Positions 18,512 through 31,679 of a stretch of 57,021 nucleotides of DNA are shown here, one piece after another. Positions within the stretch are counted from its first letter, which is position 1. Each line of letters begins with the position of its first letter. The DNA lies in the NCBI GenBank assembly GCA_964410595.1, contig CAYPHQ010000001.1:1-57021 (forward strand), read 5' to 3'. The notes under the pieces are model-generated. The model was not told where the DNA came from, made no database searches, and saw nothing but the letters and a program-made list of their open reading frames with translations. Both the position numbers and the translations under genes were made by a program. The stretch is from an uncultured Thiotrichales bacterium (GTDB lineage: Bacteria; Pseudomonadota; Gammaproteobacteria; UBA4575).

Positions 18512-19480
18512 TTAAAATAAACGCGAAACAGAAAAATCCGCCAAGCTGAGTAAGGCAATTTTATAATCACTATCCGGCAAATTCTGTAAGTGTTGTTTTG
18601 CCAGATCAACTTCTTTCAATGCTACCTGTTCAGTATAATCAAGTGCTTTGGTGGATTGTATAATCTCAATGACGCGCTCTAACTGATCTCTATCACCTTG
18701 TTCAATTACTTGTTTCAATTGTTGCACTTGTTCAATACTGCCATGCTTAAGTGCGTAAATAATCGGTAAAGTTGGTTTGCCCTCAGCTAAATCATCACCC
18801 ACATTTTTACCTATGGTGTCACTGTCTGCTCGATAATCCAGCACATCATCAATCAACTGAAAAGCTGTTCCTAAGTGCATACCGTAGGCAGCCATATCTT
18901 GCTCAATCTTTGCAGTCTGTTCAGACAACACCGCGCCCACTTGAGTGGCAGCTTCAAATAATTTAGCTGTTTTAAAACGAATCACCTCCATGTAGCGCTC
19001 TTGAGTAGTGTCAGGATCATTACAATTCATCAATTGTAATACTTCCCCCTCAGCGATGGTATTCGAAGCCTTTGAGAGAATTTCCATCACTCGCAAATCA
19101 CCAATCTCTACCATCATCTGAAAGGCACGTGAAAACATAAAATCACCCACCAATACACTAGCCTCGTTGCCCCAAATTGAATTGGCCGTGTCTTTACCAC
19201 GACGCAAATCAGAGGCATCGACTACATCATCGTGCAATAGAGTAGCCGTGTGTATAAATTCAATCACTGCCGCAGTGGAGGTGTGTGCCTGCCCTTGATA
19301 ACCACAGGCACGCGCCGATAATACTGCCAATACCGGACGCAATCGCTTGCCGCCGCTGTTAATGATGTATTCCGCCATCTGTCGAATTAACACCACGTCT
19401 GAATACAGCTGAGCACGAATCTGCTGATTCACACCACCCATATCTGGTTCAGCGAGTGATTGAATATCTTTAAATTGCAT
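18512..19480 (-). CDS. ispB: octaprenyl-diphosphate synthase
   Basis: 322 aa trans-prenyltransferase with DDxxD motifs (LLHDDVVD and QLIDDVLD). It is divergent from rplU, as in E. coli and Pseudomonas. Confidence 0.9.
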   Translation of the reverse strand: MQFKDIQSLAEPDMGGVNQQIRAQLYSDVVLIRQMAEYIINSGGKRLRPVLAVLSARACGYQGQAHTSTAAVIEFIHTATLLHDDVVDASDLRRGKDTANSIWGNEASVLVGDFMFSRAFQMMVEIGDLRVMEILSKASNTIAEGEVLQLMNCNDPDTTQERYMEVIRFKTAKLFEAATQVGAVLSEQTAKIEQDMAAYGMHLGTAFQLIDDVLDYRADSDTIGKNVGDDLAEGKPTLPIIYALKHGSIEQVQQLKQVIEQGDRDQLERVIEIIQSTKALDYTEQVALKEVDLAKQHLQNLPDSDYKIALLSLADFSVSRLF

Positions 19481-19631
19481 GAATACCTAAAGTGTTAATT
19501 AACGTGCTAATCAAATTGCCCACTAAGAGCATGAATGAAATATGTAAGATTTTCGTGTAAGTTCTAAGAATGTTGCTACTCAATGCGCTAGTCTATGTTA
19601 AAAACTGACATAAAGTAACCAGCCTAAATGA

Positions 19632-19660
19632 TTGACCTGTCGACCTCTGTCGGCTAGAAT
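19632..19660 (+). promoter_or_regulatory. sigma70 promoter of rplU-rpmA
   Basis: TTGACC (19632-19637), a 17-nt spacer, then TAGAAT (19655-19660). It lies about 33 nt upstream of the rplU ATG. Confidence 0.6.
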
Positions 19661-19692
19661 GCCGCTCTTTTTTTGCAAACACCCATAACATT

Positions 19693-20004
19693 ATGTATGC
19701 AGTTATCGCCACCGGCGGAAAACAATATCGAGTAGAGCAAGGAGACATCCTGCGCGTCGAAAAACTTGACGCCCAAGAGGGCGACATGGTCGACTTTGAC
19801 CAAGTATTAATGCTAGGCGCAGGTGAAGATGTCAATATCGGCGCACCTTACCTAGAAGGTAGCAAAGTCAGCGCAGAGGTGCTAGGACAAGGCCGTGCGA
19901 AGAAAATCGAAATCATTAAGTTTAAGCGCCGCAAGCACCATCGCAAGCAGATGGGCCATAGACAGTCTTACACTGAGCTACTTATAAAAGAAATTACCAA
20001 ATAA
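19693..20004 (+). CDS. rplU: 50S ribosomal protein L21
   Basis: 103 aa, [18 protein letters not shown]... is the canonical L21 N-terminus. Confidence 0.97.
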   Translation: MYAVIATGGKQYRVEQGDILRVEKLDAQEGDMVDFDQVLMLGAGEDVNIGAPYLEGSKVSAEVLGQGRAKKIEIIKFKRRKHHRKQMGHRQSYTELLIKEITK

Positions 20005-20028
20005 TTTTCAAGTAATACGGAATTTAAT

Positions 20029-20286
20029 ATGGCACATAAAAAAGCAGGCGGTAGTACCAGAAACGGACGCGATTCAGAATCCAAACGATTAGGCGTCAAG
20101 ATGTTCGGTGGGCAGCAAGTGACAGCAGGTAATATCCTCGTACGCCAACGCGGCACACAGTTCCACCCCGGCACTAACACAGGTTTAGGGAAAGACTACA
20201 CAATTTTTGCCAAAGCCGATGGTGTAGTAAAATTTGAAACCAAAGGGCCTAAGAACCGTAAGTATATTAGCGTAGTAGACGCCTAA
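20029..20286 (+). CDS. rpmA: 50S ribosomal protein L27
   Basis: 85 aa, [24 protein letters not shown] is the canonical L27 sequence. Confidence 0.97.
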   Translation: MAHKKAGGSTRNGRDSESKRLGVKMFGGQQVTAGNILVRQRGTQFHPGTNTGLGKDYTIFAKADGVVKFETKGPKNRKYISVVDA

Positions 20287-20306
20287 GCGTACTTATCATA
20301 TATTCT

Positions 20307-22484
<2,178 letters not shown>

Positions 22485-22667
22485 AGCAATCAGCCACTCG
22501 AATGGGCACATTGACATCAATTAAATGGGCTTTTTATCTATTAGGCTCATTAATATGAGCCAGTGTCGCTGGTTGTATTGAAGGCTGCATGTGGATCAGA
22601 CCTTAATTTAAGGCCCAGATAAGTATAAAAATCAGATAATCAGTTAAATAGATTGACTGATGAGGGC

Positions 22668-22931
22668 TCAAGCCATCGCGCGGATACGTGCGTTCAGTCT
22701 TTGCTTATGACGTGCCGCTTTGTTGGCGTGAATCAAGCCTTTAGAGGCAGTGGAATCAATAACAGAAACAGAAGCTAGATAGAGTTTAGTGGCTTCTTCT
22801 TTATTACCCGCTTCAATGGCATTCACAATATTTTTAAGGTGCGTACGGAATTTAGAGCGCATAGCAACGTTACGTTGGCGCGATTTCTCTGAAGTACGAG
22901 CTCTTTTTCTTGCTGAAGCGATATTAGCCAA
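22668..22931 (-). CDS. rpsT: 30S ribosomal protein S20
   Basis: 87 aa, MANIASARKRARTSEKSRQRN is the canonical S20 sequence. Confidence 0.97.
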   Translation of the reverse strand: MANIASARKRARTSEKSRQRNVAMRSKFRTHLKNIVNAIEAGNKEEATKLYLASVSVIDSTASKGLIHANKAARHKQRLNARIRAMA

Positions 22932-22972
22932 AATCTTTCCTCTATGTTCTATTCTTTGATCAAGGGCGCGGT

Positions 22973-23001
22973 ACTATGCGATTTTCACTGTAAAATGTCA
23001 A
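22973..23001 (-). promoter_or_regulatory. sigma70 promoter candidate of rpsT
   Basis: The minus strand has TTGACA (23001-22996), a 17-nt spacer, then CATAGT (22978-22973). Confidence 0.5.
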
Positions 23002-23064
23002 CCTTCTAATGATGTATAGTGTCGCTAATTAGCCCATGGGGTTAGGCAACTAGCTAATTCTTAC

Positions 23065-24636
23065 ATGATCACAAGAAAAATGAGCAAAAAACCACTTAAA
23101 TCGACCTTGGTGGTCGGCGGTCTTACCTTTATATCGAGAATTTTTGGCTACGTTCGAGACGCCGTCATTTTCATCCTATTTGGCGCCAATGCCGGTACCG
23201 ATGCATTCTTTGTCGCCTTCAGGATTCCTAATTTTCTGCGACGCTTGTTTGCTGAAGGCGCTTTTTCACAGGCTTTCGTGCCAGTGATGTCGGAAAAACT
23301 GCATGAAAGTGACAATGCTTTTCAACGTCTCATCAATCATGTGAGTGGCGTGTTAGCGGTTATTTTGTTGATAGTCACCGTCATTGGGGTGCTCGCCTCT
23401 CCAGTATTCATTTTTATCTTTGCACCCGGTTTTGACGATCCGAAGCAACAAGTGCTCGCCAGTGACATGCTTAAGATCACTTTCCCTTATCTGTTGTTCA
23501 TCTCACTCACCGCTATGTCGGGGAGTATTTTGAACATTAAACAACGCTTCGCAGTACCGGCCTTAACCCCAGTCTTGTTAAATATCTCATTAATTGCCGC
23601 CGCTATCTGGTTGGCCCCCAAATTAGAACATCCTGTAACGGCTTTGGCTTGGGGAGTTTTTATTGCGGGCATCGCGCAACTGGCATTTCAGATCCCATTT
23701 TTAATCCGCGCCAAAGGCTTTCCAAAATTCAAATTATCTGGTGATCAAGCCGGGGTGAAACAAGTATTCACACTCATGTTGCCGGCCATCTTTGGCGCCT
23801 CTATCGTTCAAATCAACTTACTCATCGACACTATTATTGCCTCTTTCTTAGCCGAAGGCAGCATCAGCTGGCTCTATATCTCGGATCGTTTTGTCGAGTT
23901 GCCGTTGGCTTTATTTGGCATTGCCACTGCCACGGTGATACTACCATTGCTATCCAAACAACATGTGGCGCAACAAAGCGAGAGCTTCAGTCACACCATG
24001 AACTGGGCCATACGTTTGTCTCTGGTGATTGCCATCCCCGCCATGATGGGCTTGGTTGCATTGGCCTCACCGATACTCTCAAGCTTGGTGCAATATCGTG
24101 AGTTCACTCCTTTTGACACACAGATGGCCAGTCTCAGCTTAATGGCTTATGCCCTAGGTTTACCGGCATTCATTTTTATCAAAATATTGGCGCCTGCGTT
24201 CTTTTCTCGCCAAGACACTAAAACACCAGTCAAAATCGGTGTCATCGCCATGCTGACAAATATAGTGCTGAACTTACTATTTGTTTGGTTATTCGTACAT
24301 TATGAAATTACTGGCAGTCATGCAGGCTTGGCCCTAGCAACTTCTTTGTCTGCTTATGTAAACGCGGCTCTGCTTTACATCATGTTACATCGCCAACGAG
24401 TTATAACATTCATGCAATCGACTTTTTCATTAGCCAATAAGGTATTTATTAGCGCGATGGTCATGTTTTACATACTGAATAAATTTCTCCCCGAAGTGGA
24501 GACCTGGGCCAGCTGGGAAACAGATATGCGAGTAGGCTCTTTACTCGGCTTCATTGCACTTGGTGTCCTCAGTTACAGTTGGGTATTATGGATGTTCGGT
24601 ATTAAACCTTCCCATCTCAAACTTGAATCTGATTAA
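23065..24636 (+). CDS. murJ: lipid II flippase MurJ (MviN)
   Basis: 523 aa polytopic MOP-family protein (FISRIFGYVRDAVIF, FFVAFRIPNFLRRLFAEGAFSQAFVP). An alternative ATG at 23080 is possible. Confidence 0.9.
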   Translation: MITRKMSKKPLKSTLVVGGLTFISRIFGYVRDAVIFILFGANAGTDAFFVAFRIPNFLRRLFAEGAFSQAFVPVMSEKLHESDNAFQRLINHVSGVLAVILLIVTVIGVLASPVFIFIFAPGFDDPKQQVLASDMLKITFPYLLFISLTAMSGSILNIKQRFAVPALTPVLLNISLIAAAIWLAPKLEHPVTALAWGVFIAGIAQLAFQIPFLIRAKGFPKFKLSGDQAGVKQVFTLMLPAIFGASIVQINLLIDTIIASFLAEGSISWLYISDRFVELPLALFGIATATVILPLLSKQHVAQQSESFSHTMNWAIRLSLVIAIPAMMGLVALASPILSSLVQYREFTPFDTQMASLSLMAYALGLPAFIFIKILAPAFFSRQDTKTPVKIGVIAMLTNIVLNLLFVWLFVHYEITGSHAGLALATSLSAYVNAALLYIMLHRQRVITFMQSTFSLANKVFISAMVMFYILNKFLPEVETWASWETDMRVGSLLGFIALGVLSYSWVLWMFGIKPSHLKLESD

Positions 24637-24642
24637 TCTGGC

Positions 24643-25569
24643 ATGAAAGTAATTCGAGGCAATCAATTTTTGCCTACTCTTGGGCATCAGTCTATTGTGA
24701 CGATTGGAAACTTTGATGGACTCCATCAGGGTCATCAATCGATTATTCATCATGTGATAGACGATGCACGCCGTCGCCAGCTCAGCTCAATAGTGATCAC
24801 TTTTGAACCCACGCCTAAAGAATATTTTATGCGTGAACAAGCACCTGCGCGACTCTTTACACTGCGTGAAAAACTCCAACATCTAAAAGAATTAGGCCCA
24901 GATATCTGTGTTGTGCTCAGATTTAATCAGCATTTGGCACAAATGCCGGCTGAGGAATTTGTGCAAGATATTCTCTTGACGTCACTCGGTATTAAGAAAC
25001 TCTACGTGGGTGATGACTTTAAATTTGGCTATCAACGCCAAGGAGATATGCACCTGCTGAGAAAGATGGGAGAAAAATGTGACTTTGAAGTTACTGATAC
25101 CGATTCTATTCAACTTGGATGTGAGCGTGTCAGTAGTACATTAATTCGAGAAAAACTTGATCAGGGTTTATTTGATGAAGCAGAACAACTGCTAACACGG
25201 CCTTACACTATTTCCGGTAAAGTTTTTCATGGAGATAAAAAAGGACGTACAATAGGCTTTCCTACGGCAAATATTTTACTCAAACGTCAAACATTACCGT
25301 TACATGGTGTGTTTGCAGTAAGCGCCCGGTCTGCACATAAACAATGGAATGGTGTGGCGAACATTGGCCATCGACCAACAGTGAATGGCACCCGAGATCA
25401 ATGTGAGGTGCACTTGTTTGATTGTGACGAAGATTTGTATGGACAGCGTCTTAACATACGCTTTCATAAAAAAATCAGGGAAGAACAAAAATTTTCAGGT
25501 TTAGATACATTGTTAGAACAAATAAAAATTGATGTAGATCTAGCCAAAAACTATTTTTCAAAAGGATGA
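24643..25569 (+). CDS. ribF: bifunctional riboflavin kinase / FMN adenylyltransferase
   Basis: 308 aa ([18 protein letters not shown]). Its stop overlaps the ileS start as ATGA. Confidence 0.95.
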   Translation: MKVIRGNQFLPTLGHQSIVTIGNFDGLHQGHQSIIHHVIDDARRRQLSSIVITFEPTPKEYFMREQAPARLFTLREKLQHLKELGPDICVVLRFNQHLAQMPAEEFVQDILLTSLGIKKLYVGDDFKFGYQRQGDMHLLRKMGEKCDFEVTDTDSIQLGCERVSSTLIREKLDQGLFDEAEQLLTRPYTISGKVFHGDKKGRTIGFPTANILLKRQTLPLHGVFAVSARSAHKQWNGVANIGHRPTVNGTRDQCEVHLFDCDEDLYGQRLNIRFHKKIREEQKFSGLDTLLEQIKIDVDLAKNYFSKG

Positions 25570-28397
25570 ATCACTCAGTGACTCAGGATTACAAAGCGAC
25601 ACTAAACCTACCAAAAACAGATTTTCCTATGAAAGGAAATCTTGCCCAGCGTGAGCCTGAAATGCTCAAACAATGGCAAGCCATGAATATTTATCAACAT
25701 ATTCGCACTGTCTGTGCCCAACGTGATAAAAAATTCATCCTGCATGATGGACCGCCCTATGCCAACGGTGACATTCATATTGGTCATGCGGTCAACAAAG
25801 TTTTAAAAGATATTATCGTCAAGAGTAAAACGCTGGGTGGTTATGACGTCCCATTTGTGCCTGGCTGGGATTGTCATGGTTTGCCGATTGAGGTCATGGT
25901 AGAAAAGAAAAAAGGCAAACCCGGACACAAAATAAGTGAAAAAGATTTTCGCCAAGCGTGCCGAGAATATGCTCAGCAACAAGTCAACAAACAATGTGAG
26001 GACTTTGTTCGTCTGGGAGTATTCGCTGATTGGGAAAATCCCTATCTCACCATGAATTACCAGATAGAGGCAGACACGGTAAGGGCGCTTGGGAAAATTA
26101 TTGACAATGGTCATCTGGAGCGCGGTTTCAAACCTGTCTACTGGAGTGTCGCCAGTGGATCAGCACTGGCCGAGGCAGAAGTGGAGTATCAAGATAAAAC
26201 CTCCTATGCCATTGATGTGAAATTCAGTGCTCACCACAATGCAGAATTTCTGCAGCATTTTCAGGGGGCTGATGAAAATATTCCAGCGCATGTAGTGATC
26301 TGGACCACCACTCCATGGACCTTACCTGCTAACCAAGCTGTCAGTGTACATCCTGATTTTGAATATTCTTTATGTCTCGTGAATGGTGAGTATTTATTAT
26401 TTGCCAGCGACTTGGTCGAATCAGCCATGACGCGTTACGCACTTGAAGACTATCAGGTAGTCGCAACATGCCAAGGTGCAGTGTTAGAGAATATCGCACT
26501 GCAACATCCATTCTACAATAAACAAGTACCTATCATTTTAGGCGAACATGTGACTACGGAAGCCGGGACTGGGGCTGTCCACACAGCACCCGACCATGGC
26601 ATGGACGATTTCGTAGTCGGTAATAAATATAATCTAGGCACGCTCAACATCGTCGATGACAATGGCCTATATCGTGAAGATGTGGAAATCTTCGCCAAGC
26701 AACACGTGCATAAGGTCGATGTTGCTATCATCGAATTATTAGAGACACAGCATAAATTAGTTTGCCAACAAAAAATCCATCATAGCTTTCCGCACTGCTG
26801 GAGAACGAAAACGCCTCTGATTTTCCGCGCGACACCACAATGGTTTATTAGCATGAACAAAAATAAACTATTGAAGCGTTCACTAGAGGAAGTTGAACAA
26901 GTGTCATGGCTACCGGATTGGGGTGAAACTCGTATCACTAGTATGTTAAAAAATAGCCCTGACTGGTGTATCTCAAGACAGCGAACATGGGGAGTACCTA
27001 TCCCTTTATTCATTCATAAAACCACTCAAGAACCCCATCCAAACACTCAAGAACTCATTGAGCAAATTGCCTGTCGCATAGAAAAACAAGGCATCCAAGC
27101 CTGGTTTGATATTGAAGTCAGTGATCTACTCACAGAGGATGCCGATGATTATGTGAAATCTGCTGATACCTTAGATGTCTGGTTTGATTCTGGTGTTACA
27201 CATGAATCCGTCATGCAAAAAAATCCGGCTTTGCATTTTCCTGCAGATCTATATTTAGAGGGCTCTGATCAGCACCGTGGTTGGTTTCAGTCATCGCTTA
27301 AAACCAGTATTGCCATCAATGATGTCGCCCCTTACAAAACTGTACTCACGCATGGTTTCACCGTCGATGCCAACGGTCGTAAAATGTCAAAGTCACTAGG
27401 TAATGTGATTGCGCCACAGAAAATCTTTAAATCTTTGGGTGCAGATATTCTTCGCTTATGGGTCGCTTCCAGTGACATCAGCACAGAAATGACGGTCTCT
27501 GATGAAATTCTGAAACGTACCGCAGACTCCTATCGTCGCATGCGTAATACCGTACGATATCTACTGTCCAATTTACATGGCTTTGAGCCATCGCAACACA
27601 TAGTGGCTTACCAAGACATGCTCGCATTAGATCGATGGATCATCGATCGAACCGCCCACTTACAAGCACAAGTGATCGAGCATTATAATAAATACGAATT
27701 TCACCAACTGTATCAAGTGCTGCATAATTTCTGTATCACCGAATTGGGTGGATTGTATTTAGATATTATTAAAGACCGTGTTTACACCACTGCCACTGAT
27801 AGTAAAGCGAGACGTTCTGCCCAGACTGCTACCTACCATATTGCTCAAGCTTTATTACGCTGGTTAGCACCGATACTAAGTTTTACAGCTGATGAAGCCT
27901 TCCAGCATCTTCCAGAGACAGACAGTGAAACTATTTTTACCACACAATGGTATGAGCATCTAAACACTCTGGACACAGACGAAACACTCAATAACCATGC
28001 ATGGGAGTGTATTTTTGAGGTGCGTCAATTAGTCCTTAAAGCTCTGGAAGATGCGCGTGAGCAAGGCTTGATTGGTTCAGGTTTAGACGCCAGTGTTGAA
28101 ATATATTGCGGGCCTCAAACACAACGTATTTTATCTTTACTTGAAGATGAATTACGCTTTGTATTGATTACCTCAGATACCAATGTACAGGCACTAGATA
28201 AAAATATCGACAGTCCACATTTTGATTTAAGCAATCAAGAGCAAATTGCACTCAACATTAAAAAATCTTCATACAAAAAATGTGCACGCTGTTGGCATTT
28301 AAGACCAGATGTTGGCCATCATGATGCGCATCCAGAATTATGCGGACGTTGTATTGATAACATCGATGGTGAGGGTGAAACTCGACGCTATGCGTAA
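25566..28397 (+). CDS. ileS: isoleucine--tRNA ligase
   Basis: 943 aa with HIGH (GDIHIGHA), KMSKS, and a C-terminal Zn-finger cluster (CARCWH...CGRC). Confidence 0.97.
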   Translation: MNHSVTQDYKATLNLPKTDFPMKGNLAQREPEMLKQWQAMNIYQHIRTVCAQRDKKFILHDGPPYANGDIHIGHAVNKVLKDIIVKSKTLGGYDVPFVPGWDCHGLPIEVMVEKKKGKPGHKISEKDFRQACREYAQQQVNKQCEDFVRLGVFADWENPYLTMNYQIEADTVRALGKIIDNGHLERGFKPVYWSVASGSALAEAEVEYQDKTSYAIDVKFSAHHNAEFLQHFQGADENIPAHVVIWTTTPWTLPANQAVSVHPDFEYSLCLVNGEYLLFASDLVESAMTRYALEDYQVVATCQGAVLENIALQHPFYNKQVPIILGEHVTTEAGTGAVHTAPDHGMDDFVVGNKYNLGTLNIVDDNGLYREDVEIFAKQHVHKVDVAIIELLETQHKLVCQQKIHHSFPHCWRTKTPLIFRATPQWFISMNKNKLLKRSLEEVEQVSWLPDWGETRITSMLKNSPDWCISRQRTWGVPIPLFIHKTTQEPHPNTQELIEQIACRIEKQGIQAWFDIEVSDLLTEDADDYVKSADTLDVWFDSGVTHESVMQKNPALHFPADLYLEGSDQHRGWFQSSLKTSIAINDVAPYKTVLTHGFTVDANGRKMSKSLGNVIAPQKIFKSLGADILRLWVASSDISTEMTVSDEILKRTADSYRRMRNTVRYLLSNLHGFEPSQHIVAYQDMLALDRWIIDRTAHLQAQVIEHYNKYEFHQLYQVLHNFCITELGGLYLDIIKDRVYTTATDSKARRSAQTATYHIAQALLRWLAPILSFTADEAFQHLPETDSETIFTTQWYEHLNTLDTDETLNNHAWECIFEVRQLVLKALEDAREQGLIGSGLDASVEIYCGPQTQRILSLLEDELRFVLITSDTNVQALDKNIDSPHFDLSNQEQIALNIKKSSYKKCARCWHLRPDVGHHDAHPELCGRCIDNIDGEGETRRYA

Positions 28398-28899
28398 GTG
28401 GTTCATCTGGATCGTCATCCTCACGGGGCTAGATCAAGCATCCAAGCGAGCTGCCGAATATTTTTTACACTATGCCACACCGGTGGAGATTTTCCCCTCG
28501 TTCAATTTAATGCTGACCTATAACCGTGGTGCTGCCTTTAGTTTTCTCAGTGATGCCGGAGGCTGGCAACGTTGGTTCTTTGTAGCAGTGGCCACAGCGA
28601 TATGTGCCTATATTCTGCGATGGTTAAGTCAATTAAAACCCGATCAAAACAGAACGGCCCTAGGTCTAGTCATGATCCTCAGTGGTGGTTTAGGGAATCT
28701 AATCGACAGAGCATTGTTCGCCAAAGTCACCGATTTTCTGGATGTGTATTATCCTAGCCAAACAGAGTGTTTACCGTTGTTTTATCAATGGGCAGGTAGT
28801 AGCTGTCATTGGCCCACCTTCAATATTGCAGACATATTCATTTGTATCGGGGCAGGGCTACTCTTCATTCAGATTTTACGAGAAAATCCAAACTCATGA
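28390..28899 (+). CDS. lspA: lipoprotein signal peptidase II
   Basis: The track start 28309 lies inside ileS. ATG 28390 (8-nt overlap with ileS) gives [19 protein letters not shown]. The conserved motifs NRGAAFSF and FNIAD are present. Confidence 0.9.
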   Translation: MRKWFIWIVILTGLDQASKRAAEYFLHYATPVEIFPSFNLMLTYNRGAAFSFLSDAGGWQRWFFVAVATAICAYILRWLSQLKPDQNRTALGLVMILSGGLGNLIDRALFAKVTDFLDVYYPSQTECLPLFYQWAGSSCHWPTFNIADIFICIGAGLLFIQILRENPNS

Positions 28900-29840
28900 A
28901 GTCCATAGAAATTAAACTGGCTAACCCACGTGGCTTTTGTGCTGGTGTCGATCGTGCCATAGAAATTGTTGAGCGTGCATTAGAATATTTTGGCGCGCCA
29001 ATTTATGTGCGTCATGAAGTCGTACACAATCGTTTTGTGGTCGACTCTTTAAAACAAAAAGGCGCCATATTTGTGGAAGAGCTGCATGAAGTTCCTGATC
29101 AATCAACCGTCATTTTCAGTGCTCATGGTGTGGCAAAATCTGTGCGCGCAGAAGCCGAGAACCGTCAGCTAACAGTATTTGATGCCACTTGTCCACTGGT
29201 CACCAAAGTGCATATGCAAGTGATGCGTAATTCTCGTCAGGGTAGAGATACCATCTTAATTGGACACAAAGGTCACCCTGAAGTAGAAGGCACTATGGGT
29301 CAATGTGATGGTGATGATGCTGGGCGTGTGCTGCTAGTAGAATCCCCACAGGATGTAAGCACTATTGCCGTTGATAACCCGGAAGATCTCTCTTATGTCA
29401 CTCAAACCACTCTATCGGTAGATGACACGCAAGAAATTATTCACGCACTTAAAGCTCGCTTTCCCAATATCCACACTCCCAAACGAGATGATATTTGTTA
29501 CGCCACTCAAAATAGGCAGGATGCAGTTAAGCAACTGATGGATGATTGTGATTTATTACTCGTCATTGGCTCTCAGTCCAGCTCCAACTCCAACCGATTA
29601 CGTGAAATCGCTGAGAAGAATGGTATTACTTCCTATTTAATTGATAACGCAGAACAAATCGATCATCAGTGGCTAGAAAACAAAACTAATATAGGTGTGA
29701 CTGCAGGCGCCTCGGCACCTGAGGTACTGGTACAAGAAGTTGTGACAACTTTATCCACACTTTGTGATGCACACATCAATGAGATCGATGGCGTTAAAGA
29801 AGACATCACTTTTGCCGTGCCTAAGGAATTACGACAGTAA
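28896..29840 (+). CDS. ispH: 4-hydroxy-3-methylbut-2-enyl diphosphate reductase
   Basis: ATG 28896 overlaps the lspA stop (ATGA) and gives [22 protein letters not shown], the typical IspH/LytB N-terminus. Confidence 0.95.
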   Translation: MKSIEIKLANPRGFCAGVDRAIEIVERALEYFGAPIYVRHEVVHNRFVVDSLKQKGAIFVEELHEVPDQSTVIFSAHGVAKSVRAEAENRQLTVFDATCPLVTKVHMQVMRNSRQGRDTILIGHKGHPEVEGTMGQCDGDDAGRVLLVESPQDVSTIAVDNPEDLSYVTQTTLSVDDTQEIIHALKARFPNIHTPKRDDICYATQNRQDAVKQLMDDCDLLLVIGSQSSSNSNRLREIAEKNGITSYLIDNAEQIDHQWLENKTNIGVTAGASAPEVLVQEVVTTLSTLCDAHINEIDGVKEDITFAVPKELRQ

Positions 29841-29844
29841 CTTT

Positions 29845-30179
29845 TCACCAATGCGTTTTATCATTTCGCGAGTTATAAGACAGCGTCAATCGCTTATTAT
29901 CGTGAGGAATAGCAGATAACTCCACACACTGTTGTATTATCCCCTCATCACATGTTTGTGCTGTAAATTCATAGGCCTCACGGTTTATATCAATCTCAAC
30001 ATACTCTAAAACTTCGATTAAAGATGCCAGTTAAAGCGAAGGAAGTCTTCACCTTGCCGGTGAGCGTGATCCATCAAAAAACATTGAGGGCCTTGTATCC
30101 CCTCAAAATCTGGAAAAATAACGCTTCCCAGCTTCGCTGAGACCCTCTGTACGTTCCGGATTTTTTTATAATTGTCCGA
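29845..30179 (-). pseudogene. decayed ORF remnant of unknown family (two frames, no usable start codon)
   Basis: One minus-strand frame (30179-30018) reads SDNYKKIRNVQRVSAKLG...CFLMDHAHRQGEDFLRFNWHL*. A second frame (30030-29845) reads LASLIEVLEYVEIDINREAYEF...SRNDKTHW*. They overlap by 13 nt, as if split by a frameshift. In relatives a yibQ-like gene occupies the position after ctpA. Confidence 0.3.
30076..30106 (-). terminator. possible Rho-independent terminator of the envC-ctpA unit
   Basis: The minus strand reads TTGAGGG-gatacaagg-CCCTCAA-tg-TTTTTT. The stem is modest at 7 bp, and it lies inside the decayed ORF. Confidence 0.4.
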
Positions 30180-30216
30180 TCAAGTAACTGTCAGATAAAT
30201 TTAAACTATCCAATTT

Positions 30217-31584
30217 TTACTCTTTAGATGCCACGTCTGTCTCGGCAGAGAGCTGTTTTAATATATTTAAAGCTTCATCTAAGACGGCATCACCCTCGTC
30301 ATTTGCTGACACGGTGACTGTTTTGATTTGCTGACCTAACTCTTGTGTGTCTGCATCATCTAAAGATTTCTCATGCAGGTTTTTTTCTAGATGTCCTGCA
30401 AGATCTGATTCACGCACAAACTTGAAGCTCTTGTCTTCTTCTCCGTCTGCCACTTTAGTCTCGACCAAAATATCTGGCTTGATACCCTCAGCCTGTATGG
30501 AGCGTCCATTGGGCGTGTAGTAACGTGAAGTGGTTAACTTAATCCCGTTATTATCCTGCAGTGGCAATACGGTTTGAACCGAGCCTTTGCCAAATGATTT
30601 CTTGCCCATGATGATAGCACGGTCATGATCTTGTAATGCGCCTGCCACAATTTCCGAGGCGGAGGCTGAACCTTCATTGATAAGCACCAAAATAGGTATG
30701 CCTTCTGTAAAATCAGGCGTACTCGCAGTATATTTGAGACTATTCTCAGAACCTCGACCTTTAGTGTAGACGATCAATTTTCCATCATCCAAAAATAGAT
30801 CGGAAACCCCTACAGCTCCGGTAAGGATGCCTCCAGGGTTGTTACGTAAATCGAGTATCAAACCCTGTAAGTTTGGATCAGAGGTTTTTAGTCTTTGCAT
30901 CGCATTGAGAACATTACGCGTTGTCTTGGACTGAAAACTAGATATTCTCAAGTATCCATAACCCGCTTCTAATATCCGACTACGCACACTCTTAACTTTA
31001 ATAACGTCACGTCTAACAGTGATTTCTATGGGTGCACTTTCACCTTCGCGCGCAATCGTCAATAAAATATCAGTGCCACGCTTGCCACGCATGAGTTTGA
31101 CCGCCTCATTCAGTGTGAGCCCTTTCACCTGTGTATCATCTAGCTTGATAATCAGATCACCCGCTTTGACACCGGCCTTATCAGCCGGCGTATCTTCAAT
31201 GGGGGCAATCACTCGTACCACGCCATTCTCCATGCCAACTTCTATACCTAAACCACCAAATTCTCCACTGGTGTCAATCTGCAGCTCTTTGAATTCATCT
31301 GCACTCAAGAAAACAGAATGAGGATCTAAACTGCTCATCATGCCGCGTATAGCACCATTAAGCAGTTGCTCGTCATCGACTTCTTCCACATATTCTTTTT
31401 TTATACGTGCATAAATATCTGTGAAAAGTCTGATATCAGACAGTGGCAGGTTGACAGATGATGACTCGCCCTTTTCCTCAGTCTCAGCTTGCGCTGGAGA
31501 ATAGGTCAGTAGTGGTGCCATACATATTAAGCTGATTACTACTGCTAGACTCATCTGTTTTACGTGTTCCATGTCATGCTCCAT
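30217..31584 (-). CDS. ctpA: carboxy-terminal processing protease (S41 family)
   Basis: 455 aa with a signal peptide, a PDZ domain (GLGIEVG...DTPADKAGVKAGDLI), and the S41 catalytic region (GSASASEIVAGALQD...GKKSFGKGSVQ). Confidence 0.88.
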   Translation of the reverse strand: MEHDMEHVKQMSLAVVISLICMAPLLTYSPAQAETEEKGESSSVNLPLSDIRLFTDIYARIKKEYVEEVDDEQLLNGAIRGMMSSLDPHSVFLSADEFKELQIDTSGEFGGLGIEVGMENGVVRVIAPIEDTPADKAGVKAGDLIIKLDDTQVKGLTLNEAVKLMRGKRGTDILLTIAREGESAPIEITVRRDVIKVKSVRSRILEAGYGYLRISSFQSKTTRNVLNAMQRLKTSDPNLQGLILDLRNNPGGILTGAVGVSDLFLDDGKLIVYTKGRGSENSLKYTASTPDFTEGIPILVLINEGSASASEIVAGALQDHDRAIIMGKKSFGKGSVQTVLPLQDNNGIKLTTSRYYTPNGRSIQAEGIKPDILVETKVADGEEDKSFKFVRESDLAGHLEKNLHEKSLDDADTQELGQQIKTVTVSANDEGDAVLDEALNILKQLSAETDVASKE

Positions 31585-31679
31585 ATTTTAGAACTAGGCA
31601 ATTATTAACTATAAATTCTTTAAGCTCTTTGCTTGATACGTCGGTACTGATGATTAGAAACATTTTCATTCCACTGTCA

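Noticed and set aside
29751-29759. Perfect DnaA box TTATCCACA
   Set aside because: It is a single isolated copy inside the ispH coding sequence, with no cluster and no AT-rich unwinding element. It is best explained by chance.
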